From: Camelus dromedarius
Taxonomy: Eukaryota
Direction of reading: 5' to 3'
Assembly: GCF_036321535.1 (NCBI RefSeq)
Contig: NC_087436.1
Span: 97,280,001 to 97,344,000, forward strand
Length of the DNA: 64,000 bases
Shown here in pieces: positions 10,235 to 24,499 of the stretch. The notes beneath the pieces are model-generated. The model worked only from the letters and a program-made list of their open reading frames with translations, was not told the origin of the DNA and made no database searches. Position numbers and translations under genes: made by a program. Each line of letters starts with the position of its first letter. Positions within the stretch are counted from its first letter, which is position 1.

Positions 10235-13200
10235 GTAACCATAGCCCCACAGTCTGTAGACCCAGCCCAGCCACCAGTGAGCCTGCTCCAGCCTCAGGCC
10301 TAGGCTCATTCACCAGCAAGTAGATACCAGCCACAAGAAAACCACAGCTGCACAGCCTACAGATGTTGCCCACCCACTAGCAGGTCAGATCCTGCCCTGG
10401 AAATGGCTGGGCCCTGGCCACACCCACTAGCCATTCAACACAACCTTCAGGACAACCCAGTCCCCACAATCAACTGTGTCAGGAAACAGCCCCACCCACC
10501 AGTGACCCAGCACCAGGTCTGGGATTCCTGAGCCCTGTAGCCAGAACCCAAAACACAGCTTTGCCTACCAGCAGGCTGGCAGTGGCCTCAGGACCTGGTT
10601 TCACTCACCAGTGGCCAGGTAGCAGCCCTAGAGTCTCCTAAACCCTGACTCCCACCAGGAACCCAGATCTAGCCCCAGGGTCCCCTGAGATTCCACAATC
10701 AGCCACATCATGACCTGGTTCCATCAACCAGTAGTAGGCAGCCTCTGCACAAGGCAAGGCCTGGCAACCAAACAGACCAGGAGCCAAACAAGGCTACGAG
10801 ACTGCCTGCATAGGCAGCCCACCACAACAGAAAGATACATGCAGCCTTCATAGTGGGAATCCCTAGAGTACACAGCTGATGGTGAGAGAGGAGTGTGCTG
10901 CTTGGACACACAGGACTTCTCCTGCAGAGTGTCACTTCTCCAAGGTAGGGAAATGTAACCAACCCACCAAATACACAAATAAAACAAATACAAGAACAGC
11001 AAGTTAGGCAAAATGAGGTGACAGAGGAACATGTTCCAAAAGAAGGAACAAGTTAAAACCCCAGAAGAAGAACTAAGTGAAGTGGAGATAGGCAATGTAC
11101 CCAAAAAAGAGTTCAGGGCAATGATCATAAAGATGATGAAAGAACTCTGGAGAAGAAAGGATGCATAGGGCAAGAAGTTAGAAATTTTTAACAAAGAGTT
11201 AGAAAATATAAAGAATAGCCAAAGTGATGAAAAATAAAACAACTGAAATGAAAAAAATATACTAGAAGGAGTCAACGGTAGAGTCAATAATACAGAGGAA
11301 CAGATCAACAAGCTGGAAGACAAAGTAGTGGAAATCACTGATGCTGAACAGAAACATGAAAAAAGAATGAAAAGAAATGTGGACAGTTTAAGAGACCTCT
11401 GGGATTACATCACGTGCACTAATACTCACATTTTAGGAGTCCCGAAAAGAGAAGAGAGGGAGAGAAGGGGACTGAGAAAATAATTGAAGACAAAATAGCT
11501 GAAAACTTTCCTAACCTGGGAAAGGAAACAAATACCCAAGTTTAGGAAGCACAGAGAGTCCCATACAGGATTGACCCAAAAAGGAAGACACCAAAACACA
11601 TTGTAATTAAATTGGCAAAAATTAAGGATAAAGAAGAATATTAAAAGAAGCAAGGGAAAAGCAACACAAAACATACAAGGGAACTCCCATAAGGCTATCA
11701 GCTAAGCTTTTCAGCAGAAACTTCAGTAGACCAAATGGGAGTGGCATTATATATTTGAAGTAAGAAAGGGGAAAACCTATAACCAAGAATACCCTATCCA
11801 ATAAGGCTGTCATTCAGATTTGATGAAGAGATCAAAAGCTGCACAGACAAGCAAAAGCTGTAAGAGTTTAGCACCACAAAACAAGCTGTACAAGAAATGT
11901 TAAAGGAATTTCTCTAAGTGAAAAAGATCACAATGAGAAACATGAAAATTACAAAAGGAAAAAGCTCATCAGTAAAAGCAAACACATGGTAAAGATATGA
12001 AAACATCCACGTACAAAGCTAGTAGGGAGGTTAAAAGACAATGGTAGTAAAATCATCTATATCCACAATAAGTAGTTAAGGGATATACAAAACATTTAGA
12101 TGTAAAAAATATCAAAAATAGTCATCATGAAGGGAAGAAAGTACACATGCAGGGCTGTTAAAATGCATTTGAAATTAAGAAATCAGCAACTTAAGACAAT
12201 CATGTGTATATATAGATTGCTATATATAAACCCCATGGTAACCACAAACCAAAAATCTCTAACAGTATACACACAAAAAAGAAAAAAGAATAAAAACATG
12301 AAACTAAAGATAATTATCAAATTTCAAGAGAAGAGAACAAAAGAAGAAACGAACAAAAACCACCTACATAAACAACCCAAAAACAGTCAACAAAAGACTA
12401 ATAATAACATACATATCAATAATTAATTTAAATTAAAAGGACTAATTGCTCCAATCAAAAGACAGAGTGGCTGAATGGATACAAAACAATACCCAAGTAC
12501 GTGCTGCCTACAAGAGATTCACTTTAGATCTGAAGACACACACAGACTGAAAATGAGGCTATGGAAAAAAATATTCCATGCAAATGGAAACTGAAAGAAA
12601 GTTGAGGTACCAATACTTATATCAGATTTTAAAATAAAGACAGTTAAAGAAACAAAGAAGGATGTTACATAATGATCAAGGGATCAGTCCAAGAAGAAGA
12701 TATAAAAATTGTAAAAATATATGTACCCAAAATAGGAGCAACTAAACACATAAAGCAAATATTAACAGACATAAAAGAGAAATCAACAATAACACAATTA
12801 TAGTAGGGGTTTTTAACACCCATAGACATCAATGGATAGATCATCCAGACAGAAAATCAATAGGGAAACACTGACATAAATAACACTATATATCTATATC
12901 TATATACCTATATATCTATATCTGTATATACACACACATAAATACAGAACACTGCATCCTAAAGCAGCAAAAATACACCTTCTTTTCAAGTCCACATGAA
13001 ACATTTTCCAGTAGAGATGACATTCTAGAGCACAAAACAGGTCTATGTAAATTTAAGAAAATTGAAATTATAAGAAGCATCTTTTCTAATCACAATGCTA
13101 AGAGAACAGAAATCAACCACAAGAAAAAACCTGAAAAATGCACAAACACAATGAAGCTAAGCAATGTGCTACTAAACAACCAATGGGTCACTATAAAAAT

Positions 13201-14635
13201 CAGAAAGGAAATTTAAAAAACACCTGAAAACAAATGAAATGAAGACATGATGATCCAAAATCTATGGGATGCTGAGAAAGCAGTTCTAAGAGGGAAGTTT
13301 ATAGCAATACAAGCTTACATCAGGGAGCAAACAAAAAAATCTCAAATAAACAACCTAAATTTATACATAAAGGACCTAGAAAAAGAAGAACAAACAAAAC
13401 TCCAAGTTAGTAGAAGGAAAGAAATCATAAAGATCGAAGCAGAAATAAATGAAAAACTAAAAAACACAGACACAATAGTAAAGATCAATAAAGCTAAGAG
13501 CTGGTTATTTTAAAAGATAAAATTGATAAACATTTAAGACTTATCAAGAAAAAAAACGAGTCCAAATCAATAAAATCAGAAATGATAAAGGAGAAGTTAC
13601 CACCAATAGCACAGAAATACTAAGAGTCATAAGAGACTAACAAGAACAACTATATGCCAATAAAATGGACAATCTAGCAGAAACAGACAAATTTCTAGAA
13701 ATGTACAAGAGGAAATGCAGATGGCCAACAAACAGATGGTAAGATGCTCAACATAATTGATCATCAGAGAAATGCAAATTAAAACCACAATGAGATATCG
13801 TCTCACACATATTATCAAAAAGAACACAAATAACAATGTTAGTGAATATGTGAGAAAAGGGACCCTTGTCTACGGTTGGTGAAAATGTAAATTGGTGCAG
13901 CCACTGTGGAAAACAGTATGGAAGTTTCCCAAAAAACTAAAAATAGAACTACTGTATGACCCAGCAATTCCACTTCTGGGTATGTATCCTCTCCCCTCAA
14001 AAGAGAAAAAAGAAAACACTTATTAAGAAAGATACATACACTCCAATTTTCATAGCAACATTATTTATAATAGTCAAGAAATTCAAGCAACTTGCAACCT
14101 AAGTGTCCAGCAACAGATGAATAAAGATGTTATATCATATACATAGACATATGCGAACACACACATATATAAACACACACACACTCATACACAATGGAAT
14201 AGTACCCAGCTATCAAAAGGAATGAAATTTTGCCATTTGCAGCAACATGGATAAACTTGGAGAGTATCATGCTAAATGAAGTAAGTCAGAGAAAGACAAA
14301 CACTGTATGATATCACTTATACTTGAAATCTAGAAAATAAAACAAACTAAAGAATATAACAAAAAAGAAACAGACTCACAGATATAGAGAACAAACGAGT
14401 GGTTACCAGTAGCAAGAGGGAAGGAGGTAACAGGCAAGATAGGGTTGGGGGTTAAAAAGTACAAACTACTATGTATAAAATAAATCAGCAACAGGATATA
14501 TTGTACAATAAAGAGAATATAGCCAATATCTTATAATAATTATAAGTGGAATATAATCTTTAAAAAATTGTGAATTACTATGTTGTATACCTGAAACTTA
14601 TATAATATTGTACATCACCTATACCTCAATCGAAA
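10235..14635 (+). mobile_element. Cetartiodactyl-type L1, dead, RT domain deleted, nested in an older L1
   Basis: Partial 5'UTR; ORF1 remnant 11013-11917; EN region from ~12400; IQNLWDAEKAVLRGKFIA at 13247+; jump at ~13708 to the ORF2 C-terminus; 3'UTR ending tatacctcaat. Confidence 0.92.
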
Positions 14636-15450
14636 GAAAGCAGAATAAAGACTATTTCAGATAAACATATAAGCTTTCCCCAGCAGATCTGTACTGAAAG
14701 AAATACTAAAAAGAGTTCAGGCAAAAAGAAATTGGTCCCAAATCAAGTGCCAAAATACAGGAGAACTAAGGAGCAAAAGAAGGGGAAAATGCAGATAAAT
14801 ATAAATCTATATTTATTATACATTATAATGATATACTGTCTTGGCTGATATATGTAGGATTAATAATAACTATTCCAAAGAGGTGTTAGGGGTTATGTGG
14901 ACTTAGAGTCTTCTTAGGTCCAAGCATTATCAGGAAAGAAGTGAATGTAATAAATTATAATAAGTCAAGGATGTGTGTTGTAATTTCTAGAGTACCTGCT
15001 AAAAGAAAAGAATGTATGGCTCTCATGTTTATACAGAAGACAAATGTAAAAATAAAATCTATTTAAATAATCCAAAAGAAGAAAACAAACAAAAAATGAA
15101 CGTAACAGGTCAAGCCAAAAACATTTAGTAAGGTGGTAGATATAAGGCCAAATACATCAGTAATTACCTCAAATGTAAAATAACTAAACTTCAGTTAAAA
15201 GCAAAACATCAAAACCTATATGCTGCTTCTAAGAGGCACACCTTAGAAATAAAGACAGATATTGAAAGTAAATGATGAAGAAAAGATATATTCTGCAGAC
15301 ACGAATCGAAATAAGTTGATGTCCCAATACTAATATAAAACAAAGCTGACTTCAAGGCAGGAAGCATTACTTCAGATAAAGAGAGACATTTCTTATACAG
15401 GAGGATATAAATACGTAAAATCATTATATTTACCATATAATTGTAACCTT
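14636..15450 (+). mobile_element. Old L1M continuation (ORF1 end to start of ORF2 EN)
   Basis: aataaagactatttcagataaac continues the sequence interrupted at 10234; EN-like cagtaattac...aaatgtaaa...tatatgctg. Confidence 0.7.
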
Positions 15451-16358
15451 CAAGGCTCACAGTCCAGAATCACATTCCCCTCTAAGAAGATGCCATCTGG
15501 ACAGCTAAGAGCTCCATACACCTACTGCATGTAACATGAGTGCAGACACTGCAGGAAGTCTACAAGTTTTCTACCAGCCACAATATCTCCTCTGGTGCCT
15601 GCTCTCACAGAAGAGTCTCTTTGCTTCAACTTGTAAGCAAGGATTAGAGATTACAATGATAAAGGAAGACTTTTTACTATTAATCTCTCCACTGACAGAA
15701 AATGTATGACTATTAGGAAAGGGTGTCTGGGACAAGATCTAACTGGGGACCCACCTGAACAAAGAAAGAATAATTAAACAAGTTAACGTTCCTCTTTTGA
15801 TGCAATCATCCATGCACTGTGATGAGCAATCACCTTAGTGGTTGAAACTCTCTTCTTCCCAAACACACACTATCATGTCATCATTGCCTTTAGAGGCTAA
15901 GGAGTGATTTCCCACTCCAAAAACGTGAAAATTTCCATTCCAAAAATAGAGAGGACTGGTTGCAACACTCAGAGTTATCAACCATCACCAAAATCATGGA
16001 CCTTCGGCTCATTTCTGCTGAATTCTTTTTATTTATCAAATCCCAGCAACATAAGACAACGCTTTCTTCAACAGTCCACTTAAACTTCATTCTAAATGTT
16101 GGATTTTCTGGGTCCTCATAGCACTCACGGGGAAGTATCCATGGCCCTCGTTCCTGTAAGTGCTGACTACAACACAAGTCAAACCCTGCATATGTGCCCT
16201 AGCTCCAGTGCAACGGTTTACCCCTCCACACACTTTCTACAAATGGTGACCCCAATGAAAGGTTTTTTATATTTATATTTTTATATTGCAAATGGTTTGG
16301 AAACTATTGGAAGTAACTCATATGCTTGAGTCAACCTGTATTAATCCTAATATTTCTT

Positions 16359-16981
16359 CTTTCATATATACATATTTTTCTTGAAGCATATAGTCAGTTT
16401 ACAATGTTGTGTCAATTTCTGGTGGTACAACATAATGCTCCAGTCATACATGAACATACATATATTTGTTTTCATAGTCTTTTCACCATAAGTTAGTACA
16501 AGATACTGAATATAGTTCCCTGTGCTATACAGTATGAAATTATTGTTTATCTATTTTATATATATTAGTTAGTATCTGCAAATCTCAAACTCCCTTTTAT
16601 CCCTTCCCACCTGCTTTCCCTCAGTAACTAGAATCCTGGGCAAATATCCAGAGGGAACCTTAATTCAAAAAGATACATGCACCCCAATGTTCATAGCAGC
16701 ACTATTTACAATAGCCAAGACATGGAAATAACCTAAATGTCCATCACAAGATGACTGGATAAAGAATTTGTGGTATATTTATACAATGGAATATCACTCA
16801 GCCATAAAAAGAATAAAATAATGCCATTTGCCTCAATGTAGATGGACCTGGAGAATGTCGTTCTAAGTGAAATCAGCCAGAAAGAGAAAGGAAAGTACCA
16901 TATGATATTCCTTATATGTGGAATCTAAAATAAAAAAAAAAAAACTTATTTACAAAACACAAACAGACTCACAGACATAAA
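16359..16981 (-). mobile_element. 5'-truncated, 5'-inverted (twin-primed) camelid L1
   Basis: 16359-16630 is the antisense 3' end; 16631-16981 is sense ORF2 end/3'UTR; TSD aatcctaatatttctt (16343-16358) / aatcctagtatttctt (16982-16997). Confidence 0.9.
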
Positions 16982-19234
16982 AATCCTAGTATTTCTTAAT
17001 CACTTTCTGCCCAACTGCTCAATTACTTAAGAAGACTAGAAATCCTTTAGTGAGATATATTTCTTCTTTGACAGATGAACTGAGCCTTTGCTTCCAAGGA
17101 ATTTGTCTGGCTTGTGTATTCTTATGCATTATTCTAACTACACACCAATTCTTGTCTCTCCATAAAATAAAATTGTGAAATTACTTTACACAAGTAAATG
17201 AAATAGAATGGTTTAATCAGTAGTCTTCAACTGTATGGAGTTACCCAGTTGAGTAAGGAAATTAGACAGCTAACTAATATTTTAGAACAAATTAGAAATT
17301 ACACTTTGACATGCTAGATCAAATTTCTAGAGATATGATGGTTATTATGAATATGATTTTGCAAAACATAATGACCTTCTCTTTTACTCCCTGTCATGAA
17401 GAATAGTGTTGCACATAGACAAGGAATGCTATACATTCATTTCAGATAAATCAGATCTTATCTAAGATTTTATAATCATCTTACAAAATTACCAGAATTG
17501 AGGCTTCTTTAGAGGATTTTAGTGGAATAATAAACCTAATTTAGTGGCAGATGTGCTCATGTCTACGGAGGGGCTCACTTTTTAAATATTTTGAACATGC
17601 TCTTATATAATTAATGCAATTCAAATACTCGAAATATTTCAATCATTTCTATCAGTTGACTGTTTAAGTGACAAAATCAACATCAGTACTTATTGCATAT
17701 TTTAAAAGATATAACCTGCCAATCAGTTAAAGTCATTAAACTTGAACACTAAATTTCTGGCAATATACATTTTAAATTACTAATGCAAAACTAACTCCTG
17801 TCCTCATCTGTAATCAACCATCATTATAGAATGTCCTATAAACAGCCTGCGGCCCCTTAGAGGATTTCCTATTATGCTGCAGGACAAAGTGCTTAATAAA
17901 TATTTCTTGGATGACTACAGGGGTAAGAGCGGTCATCAACCTTCTACTTAGTGAAAATTATTTCCAGATTTTGATAAATGTTTATCTGGCAGTTTGTGGT
18001 AAAGGTTTAGTTTTGGTTTTTGGTTTAGTTATATTCTTGCCTATTCATTTCTTTATTTTTCCTTTCTGTTTGCTTTTTTCCTTCCTTTGTTAATGGTATT
18101 TAAATGGAAAATTGGTGAAGGCTCTTCCATTTGTTCTATATAAACATTTTATACTGGAAGTCTAGATCTGGTCTCCCTCAATTTCGATTAAAATTCATTT
18201 CCCAGCTTGGTTTTTGAAGATATATACCCTTATAAATTCATACTGCACTTCTGAAATAGATTAAAATGTAATTGCTTTTCATATGGAGTACTTAAAATTT
18301 AAATGTCCTACTTATCAGAAATCCTGTAGCTTTTTCTACTTGCCAACTATAATAGAAAAAAATCTGACCCTGAAATAAAGTTGCTAATTTTTCCAGTTTT
18401 CAGAATAATAGAGAAATAACTGATTATCAAATGTCAATGGTTTATATTCATAAAAAATCTCCTGAGCTACTCCTTCTGGTCCAAAGAGAATTGGGGGATA
18501 TAAAAAAGGTCAGTGTTAAGCCTATTGCAGGTGAGTAATCCAATTGCTGCTGTGATGTTTCTGGGGATTGAAACCCCTAAGTCCATTAGAGCTGGCACAT
18601 TTTAACAGTTAGGAGTAATGCGTGTTAGCAATTACAGTGATATAGTGAGCATTTATGACGTACAAGGCATTAGCAAAGTATACCTAACTTGCAGAATTGT
18701 TTTAACACAAGATAATCTATTTAAAACATGTAGCTTTTTACTAGTCACATTCCCAAATACTTAGCAAACATTAGTTTCCTCCTTCTTCATTCTGTTTTCA
18801 TTCACTCTTTTATTCCACTTAACAACAATTTATTTCGTACCCACTTCATGGTTGGTACTGAGCTAGTCAGCAATTTTGTAATTGGATCTAAATTTGTAAG
18901 ACAATCAACTAGGTGAAGAAGAAGAAATGGAACCAAGGTTCATTGACAGTGCCTACTTGCCAGCTCTCTGAGATTTGATGGAAGTTGCCTAATGCTCCAC
19001 TTAATCTCCAAGTAAACCCAGCCTCCCCTTTACATAAATTATATTTAAACACTCTTCAAGCTTTACTGAACCATTTGAAAGGTGCATTAAGTATTCTACA
19101 AGTAGAATCTGAAATATTTGTCTTTTAATGAGAGAGACATTATTGTTAATGTCTTTAGAAAATGGAAGTGCAGTTAGTTGAACGTATGGTAATTCCTTTT
19201 AAATTGGTGGATCGCTTTTAGAAACATACAGCAC

Positions 19235-20057
19235 TGTAGTGGGAAAACGTCATTAAGTTAAATGGGCATGGAGGACTAATTCCCAACGTGTGTGTGGAAG
19301 GCTTTCCTCCACATCAACAGGAGATTCTCCAACACCACCTGGTTGTCCTGCAATTCCACTCAATTCTGACACTATTTAGCCAAAGAAGCTCACTTCAGAT
19401 CCCACAGGTTGAGGGCTCAGTCCCACAAGACTGCTCCCCACTCCCTATGCCAGTCACAAGACCAGGCTATCATCAGTGCTTCTGACCCACCGGCTAAAGT
19501 TTAGAAGTTCGAATGACCTGCTTCCCTGGATTCTATTAATTTTCTAGAGCCCCTCACAGAGCTCAGAAATGTTTTACTCACTAAATCACTAGTAATTTGG
19601 ATTACTTACTTAGTAGAGTAGGTTATTATAAGAGGTTTGTTATAACTCAAACAGACGAAAGAGATGAATGTGGAAAGGGAGCAGAGTTTCCCTCTCTCTG
19701 GGAGCATTACTCACCCCAAATCTGCACATGTTCACCAACCTGGAAGCTCTCCTTTGTGGTTTTTATGGAGGCTTCATTACATTAAGTACAACTGATTACA
19801 TCATTGGCTATTGGGAACTGAACTCAATCTCCAGTCTCTCTCCCCTCCCCAGAGGTCAGGGTGTGGGACTGAAAGTTCCAACCCTTTAATCACAGGGTTT
19901 TCTCCAATCCTTCCATGCAGTCTGAAAGCCACCTCATTCACATAACAAAAAATACTTTTATTTCTTCATCACAGAAATTTCCAAGGGTTTTAGAAATTCT
20001 GTGCCAGAAATGGGGAAAAAGTCCAAATCTATAGTTATTATAAATCATCATATTACA
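19235..20057 (-). mobile_element. MER21-family solo LTR
   Basis: TG...CA ends; caattctgacact...cagatcccacaggttgagggctcagtcccacaagactgc...ccaagggttttag. Confidence 0.85.
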
Positions 20058-20059
20058 GT

Positions 20060-20582
20060 AGTTGTGTTGGGTGGGGACAGAGGTTGACTGGGATGATAAT
20101 GAGGTAACTTTCTAGAGTGGATGGATTGTAATGTTCTCTCTTCTTGACAGAGGTTTGGGCTACAAAGATTTATGTATCTATCAAAACTCAGGGAAGGTAT
20201 GCTTAAAATATGTGCGTTTCACTTTATGTAAATGTTATATAAAAATGCATGCTAAAGCATTTGAGGAAGTTGTTGAGATGTTTGAAACATTCTTTATTTG
20301 TTTATTTATTTTTTATGGAGGTACTGGGGTTGAACCCAGGACCTTGTGCATGCTAAGTACACACTCTACCACTGAGCTATATCATCCCCCACAACATTCT
20401 TTAAATGAGTAGGAAATAAAATGATTTCATGGATGAATAGAGAAGAATACAGATTACGGTTGAGCAAGTGTAGCAAAATGGAAAAGGTAGAATCTAAGTG
20501 GTAGATTTTAGGGGGTTCACTAAAAAGTATTTTTGACTTTGCTGCATGTTCAAATGTTTCCCTAATAAAGTGTTGGCAAAAT
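20060..20582 (+). mobile_element. L1MC4-like 3'UTR fragment
   Basis: gaggtaactttctag...gacagaggtttggg...caaaactca...gtagaatctaagtggtag...taataaagtgttgg. Confidence 0.7.
20297..20392 (-). mobile_element. Short vic-1-type SINE
   Basis: Antisense SINE head with A-rich tail; 11-bp TSD aacattcttta (20286-20296 / 20393-20403). Confidence 0.9.
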
Positions 20583-22387
20583 GCATCATAAAGGGCATGT
20601 ATAATTTATTCACTTTATCTAGGATTTTTGATGTTAATAAAAGTATCTGAGACTGAATTAAATTGTATTTAATTTCAATTCTGCCTTTTCATATGTACCC
20701 ACTGTTCATAACAGCGAAAGCTGTTTCCTGCATGTGTTTCTTTTAGAACTCAATTAACATTGATTTGTCCATTGCTGCAGACTATATTAACACTAACAAC
20801 TTAGAATAAATTAGTGTTTGCTCTTTATGAATAAGTTCAATAATCTGCTTCTTTCATTCCTACTTCCTTTCCACTGTGTTCCAATTAAAAGCTATTAATG
20901 TTTGTATTTCCTGGCAATTTTATTTTTACATTCATATTCAAATTACCACATTACTGAAATGTATGTATTTCCTAATAAATGTCAAATTTTATTGTTTGTT
21001 ATTTCTATTTAAGAGTTTAATGACTCTACTTGGATGCTCAACATTTAACTTTTTTTAAAAAAATCATAGTTCATAAATTTAACATGCCCTATTTTTCAGA
21101 CATGAACTGTTCTAATAGGAAGCACTAGGTAATAGTCCAGAAAATGGTTAGGTTCATTGAAGATGTCAAAAGAGCACATGAAAACTACTATCTGAATTAC
21201 TTTTATTAAAAAAAAAAAACTTTATTTATATTTAACATATAGATTGACCAGGATATGCTCACTTGGTCTTCATCAGTCACATATCACATGTGACTTAATT
21301 TCCTTAAGAAAGAGTGATTTGTGATGTGAAAGGCTTAGCAGCTATGCTCATTGTCTTACGTTGTAACCCATACTCGACCATGGAGGTGGATTTATAAATA
21401 TTTATTAATTTCAACTAACCCCTGGAAAAGTACACTTGGTTTAAAAGATTTCTAAAAAAGCAGGCAAGAAACAAAGAAATAAAAGTAAAAGGAAAAATGA
21501 TCTGTGAAATGAAAGTAATACTAGTAATGTGAACATCAGAGAAAATGACAAAACCAACTTACCTTCCTGACCACAAAACTGGAGCACTTCAAAGCCTCAT
21601 TATGCAATGAGGATAATGCTCTAAAGCGATCTGACCAAAAGTCACCTAACGCTGGAGTTATCAGGAAGAAGACTATTAGAAATTATATCTACTACCATTA
21701 ATGATCGGCTTAGCCCTAAAGGAATTTTCATGTCTTGAGATGTTAACTAATGATAGTATGAAGTCTTCTTGGGAGCAAGACTTTTTAAATCTGGAGATAA
21801 TGAAGACAAATCTCTGCCATTTTAAAACAGAATTTTAAAACTCATTTGATACTTAATATTGTACTTCATAAAATTTTACTAACATAAATTATAAACTTTT
21901 GGAAGTCTCTTTTGAGTGAAAAATATGAAAATCAGGAAGAGCTGGACAAAGACTTGTTCTTCCCATAGCAGAGGGATGGAGTATTACGGGATAAAAAACA
22001 CAAATGCATTTAATTGGAAGACAAAAATAAGTTGCCAGAAGATTTGGACAATCAAGTGTAGTATTCAGTTGAGTGAAATAACCATATTTCAATTATGTCT
22101 AACGTACGGTATTTTCTAAATTTCACTTCAGTAAGGAGGTACATAAAGAACTACCTTTTTGTGATCCTCTAAAGAAAAATATAGGGGAGAAACAGATTTT
22201 AAATAATGCCTCCAATAAAATTTAAGTTTCCTGAAACACCTATAAGTGCGCATGGAGCAGTGTCTTTGATTAGAATGAAGAGAGAATTCTAAGATGAGAG
22301 AGTATCACAAACAAATTCAGTCCATCCTTAGAGACAAGATTTTGCACTGGAATGTGTTGTTTTAGGTTTATGTGCTTCAGCTGGAAA

Positions 22388-22988
22388 TGTTGCCAGTGAG
22401 TAGGTTCTTATCACAGAAAGACGAGACAAGACACGGAGGTTAAGGAAGTAAAGTGAGGATTTATCAAGGGATGGACAGTACACTCTCAAGGGGAGAGCCG
22501 GCAGGCTCAGGGGAGCAGCTCTGCAGTTTCTTTGGCAAGTTGGTTACATAAAGCATAAAAATGAATGGGCGGAATATTCATTGGGGAGGAAAGGGTTTGG
22601 GTTATATTCCCTGGTTTTCATCCCAGCTCCACCTTCCTGAGCAGAGGAAGGATTTTCGTCCTTATTTAGTCTGGGTCAGAAGTGTCATGGGGTTGGTGCA
22701 TGATGGGTACTTCTAATGTGCAAGGCTAATTTTATTGTAATGAAGGCATAATGAGCAAAACGTTACACTTGGACACTGCAAATTCCTGCCTTTTTTCACC
22801 TTTATTTGTGTGGTCTCTTATCAGTCCTGAGGTTCCTGCTTTTCTCTTGTCTGCTCAAGGACCCTCATTATTTACAGGATGTATGGCTTCCTGCATTTGG
22901 TCTGTGCCCCTCCTTGTTTTGCCCAATTCCTGCCATTTGACCCATGCCCCTTTCTCTGCTCATATCTAGCCATCTGCCTGCTCCAGCA
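22388..22988 (-). mobile_element. ERV1-class solo LTR (601 bp)
   Basis: TGTT...AGCA termini with 4-bp TSD GAAA on both sides. Confidence 0.8.
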
Positions 22989-23947
22989 GAAATGCTCTCG
23001 TTTTGTGAGGGTATTCCAAAGAACTACCGCAAAGTTACATTCACACAAATTTCACACTAATTGGCTAACTCTAAAAGTAAAAACATCTGACAGAGATTAG
23101 CAGATGCGAGGCTTTCTGACTGGAGCACAACCCTGGAGTCTGGTGGAAGATACTCTGTGTCAGAATCTGTGTGAATACAGTCATGTGTGTTCATGACACA
23201 AAGCCGTTGAGTGATTACATTGCTGTGGTAAAAGCTACAGGAAAGAGACATCTAAGACCTAGCACTTCTGTCCACCTACAGAACAAAGTGTAAGAGATTC
23301 CTTTCCAGGCATGGACAATAAGTCTCAGGTCATTTCCTCTAAAGCTTTCGTAAAGTACACACTGAATTAGTCCATGCTAAATAAATAAATGAATAAAATA
23401 ACTAACTTAGAGTTTCAAATATAATCTAAAAATTCCATTATCTCCTCTCCATTAACTTTGTTTTAATTGTGCATAATTAATTCTAAGAAGAGCAAAGTTA
23501 CTATGAAAAAGTTTCTAAGATAAACTCTATAATCAGGCAAGATATTTTATTCATATATCTGTCTGCACTCAAATGAAATATCAAGCATTATATGTCATGC
23601 TCATTGACTCTTGTAGCTTTTTTTTTAAACATTGAAAAGAGCTTTCCTTTTCCTTTCAATTCTCATTAATGGACATTTCTGGAGCTCCCAATGTATACTA
23701 GGTTAGGCATTACATAATTTCACACATTCTATCTCATTTTACTTAGAGCTGAGTAACAATTTATAAGGCAAAGACAAAGCTTTGAAATTTTAAGATTTAA
23801 TCTTCAAGCAGTGTATTTTGCATTAGCTGAATGCATGAATTCTGAAATGGAGACTTACTTAAAACAATTGCAAGAACTCTGTAGCAATCAGCTACTCTTC
23901 AAGAAAATGGCCTAATCACAAGTAAAGGCAGCTTCTTGTTAGACGCC

Positions 23948-24470
23948 TGTGGCAGTCATTTTTAATATGGCCTGGACCTTAGATCAGGAAGCCAGGTGAT
24001 GAAGACTGTCTCTGCATTATTATTGTCACCGAGTAACGCTGGAGGAGGCCATCAAGAGGAAATGACTGCCTGTTGACCCATAAGCTGGACCCGGACCATC
24101 AGAGGCTCCTCATCCCCTCCCTTGTATTTGGAGTATATGTTCTGCCCCCCATTCCTACTGTGAGCACCATGTTCAAGGATGCTGACTTGAGAGAGCATGT
24201 GTTGTTGAGACTATCTGCACAGCATACACGACTGAATACATTTAAGGCTTCTTTATAAATTTCTAAGACCCTGGTGGGTGAGTACAGAAACCTACTCTTC
24301 TTTTGGCGGCACAAGATAAGCCTTGCATGGAAGTTTCCTTGCTTATTAAGCTTGTCCGCTACCAATCTGGAGTGGCCTGCCTCTTTCTTTGGTCTCTCCC
24401 TGCCTTCTGTGTATGGGGGTGGCAGGGCACTTTCAGATTTCACCCAGGGAACTATGGAGGTTGTGAACCA
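23948..24470 (+). mobile_element. 5' LTR of a class III ERV (MER54/LTR53-like)
   Basis: Starts TGTGGCAG, TATA-like tttataaa at ~24253, ends ...gaacca, followed by a PBS-like motif and gag-like sequence. Confidence 0.7.
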
Positions 24471-24475
24471 GAAAC

Positions 24476-24493
24476 TGGTGAACCATTCAGCAG
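24476..24493 (+). promoter_or_regulatory. Degenerate primer-binding site, tRNA-Arg-like
   Basis: TGGTGAACCATTCAGCAG matches TGGCGAGCCAGCCAGGAG (complement of the tRNA-Arg(ACG) 3' end) at 13/18, just after the LTR. Confidence 0.45.
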
Positions 24494-24499
24494 AAAGAA

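Noticed and set aside
10724..11338. 204-aa hydrophobic minus-strand ORF
   Set aside because: Antisense of A-rich L1 ORF1/5'UTR, a typical artefact.
15890..16177. 95-aa minus-strand ORF in unique sequence, considered as a processed pseudogene or viral insert
   Set aside because: No recognisable protein similarity in the frames I read, TTG start, no poly(A) or TSD. A tblastx search would settle it.
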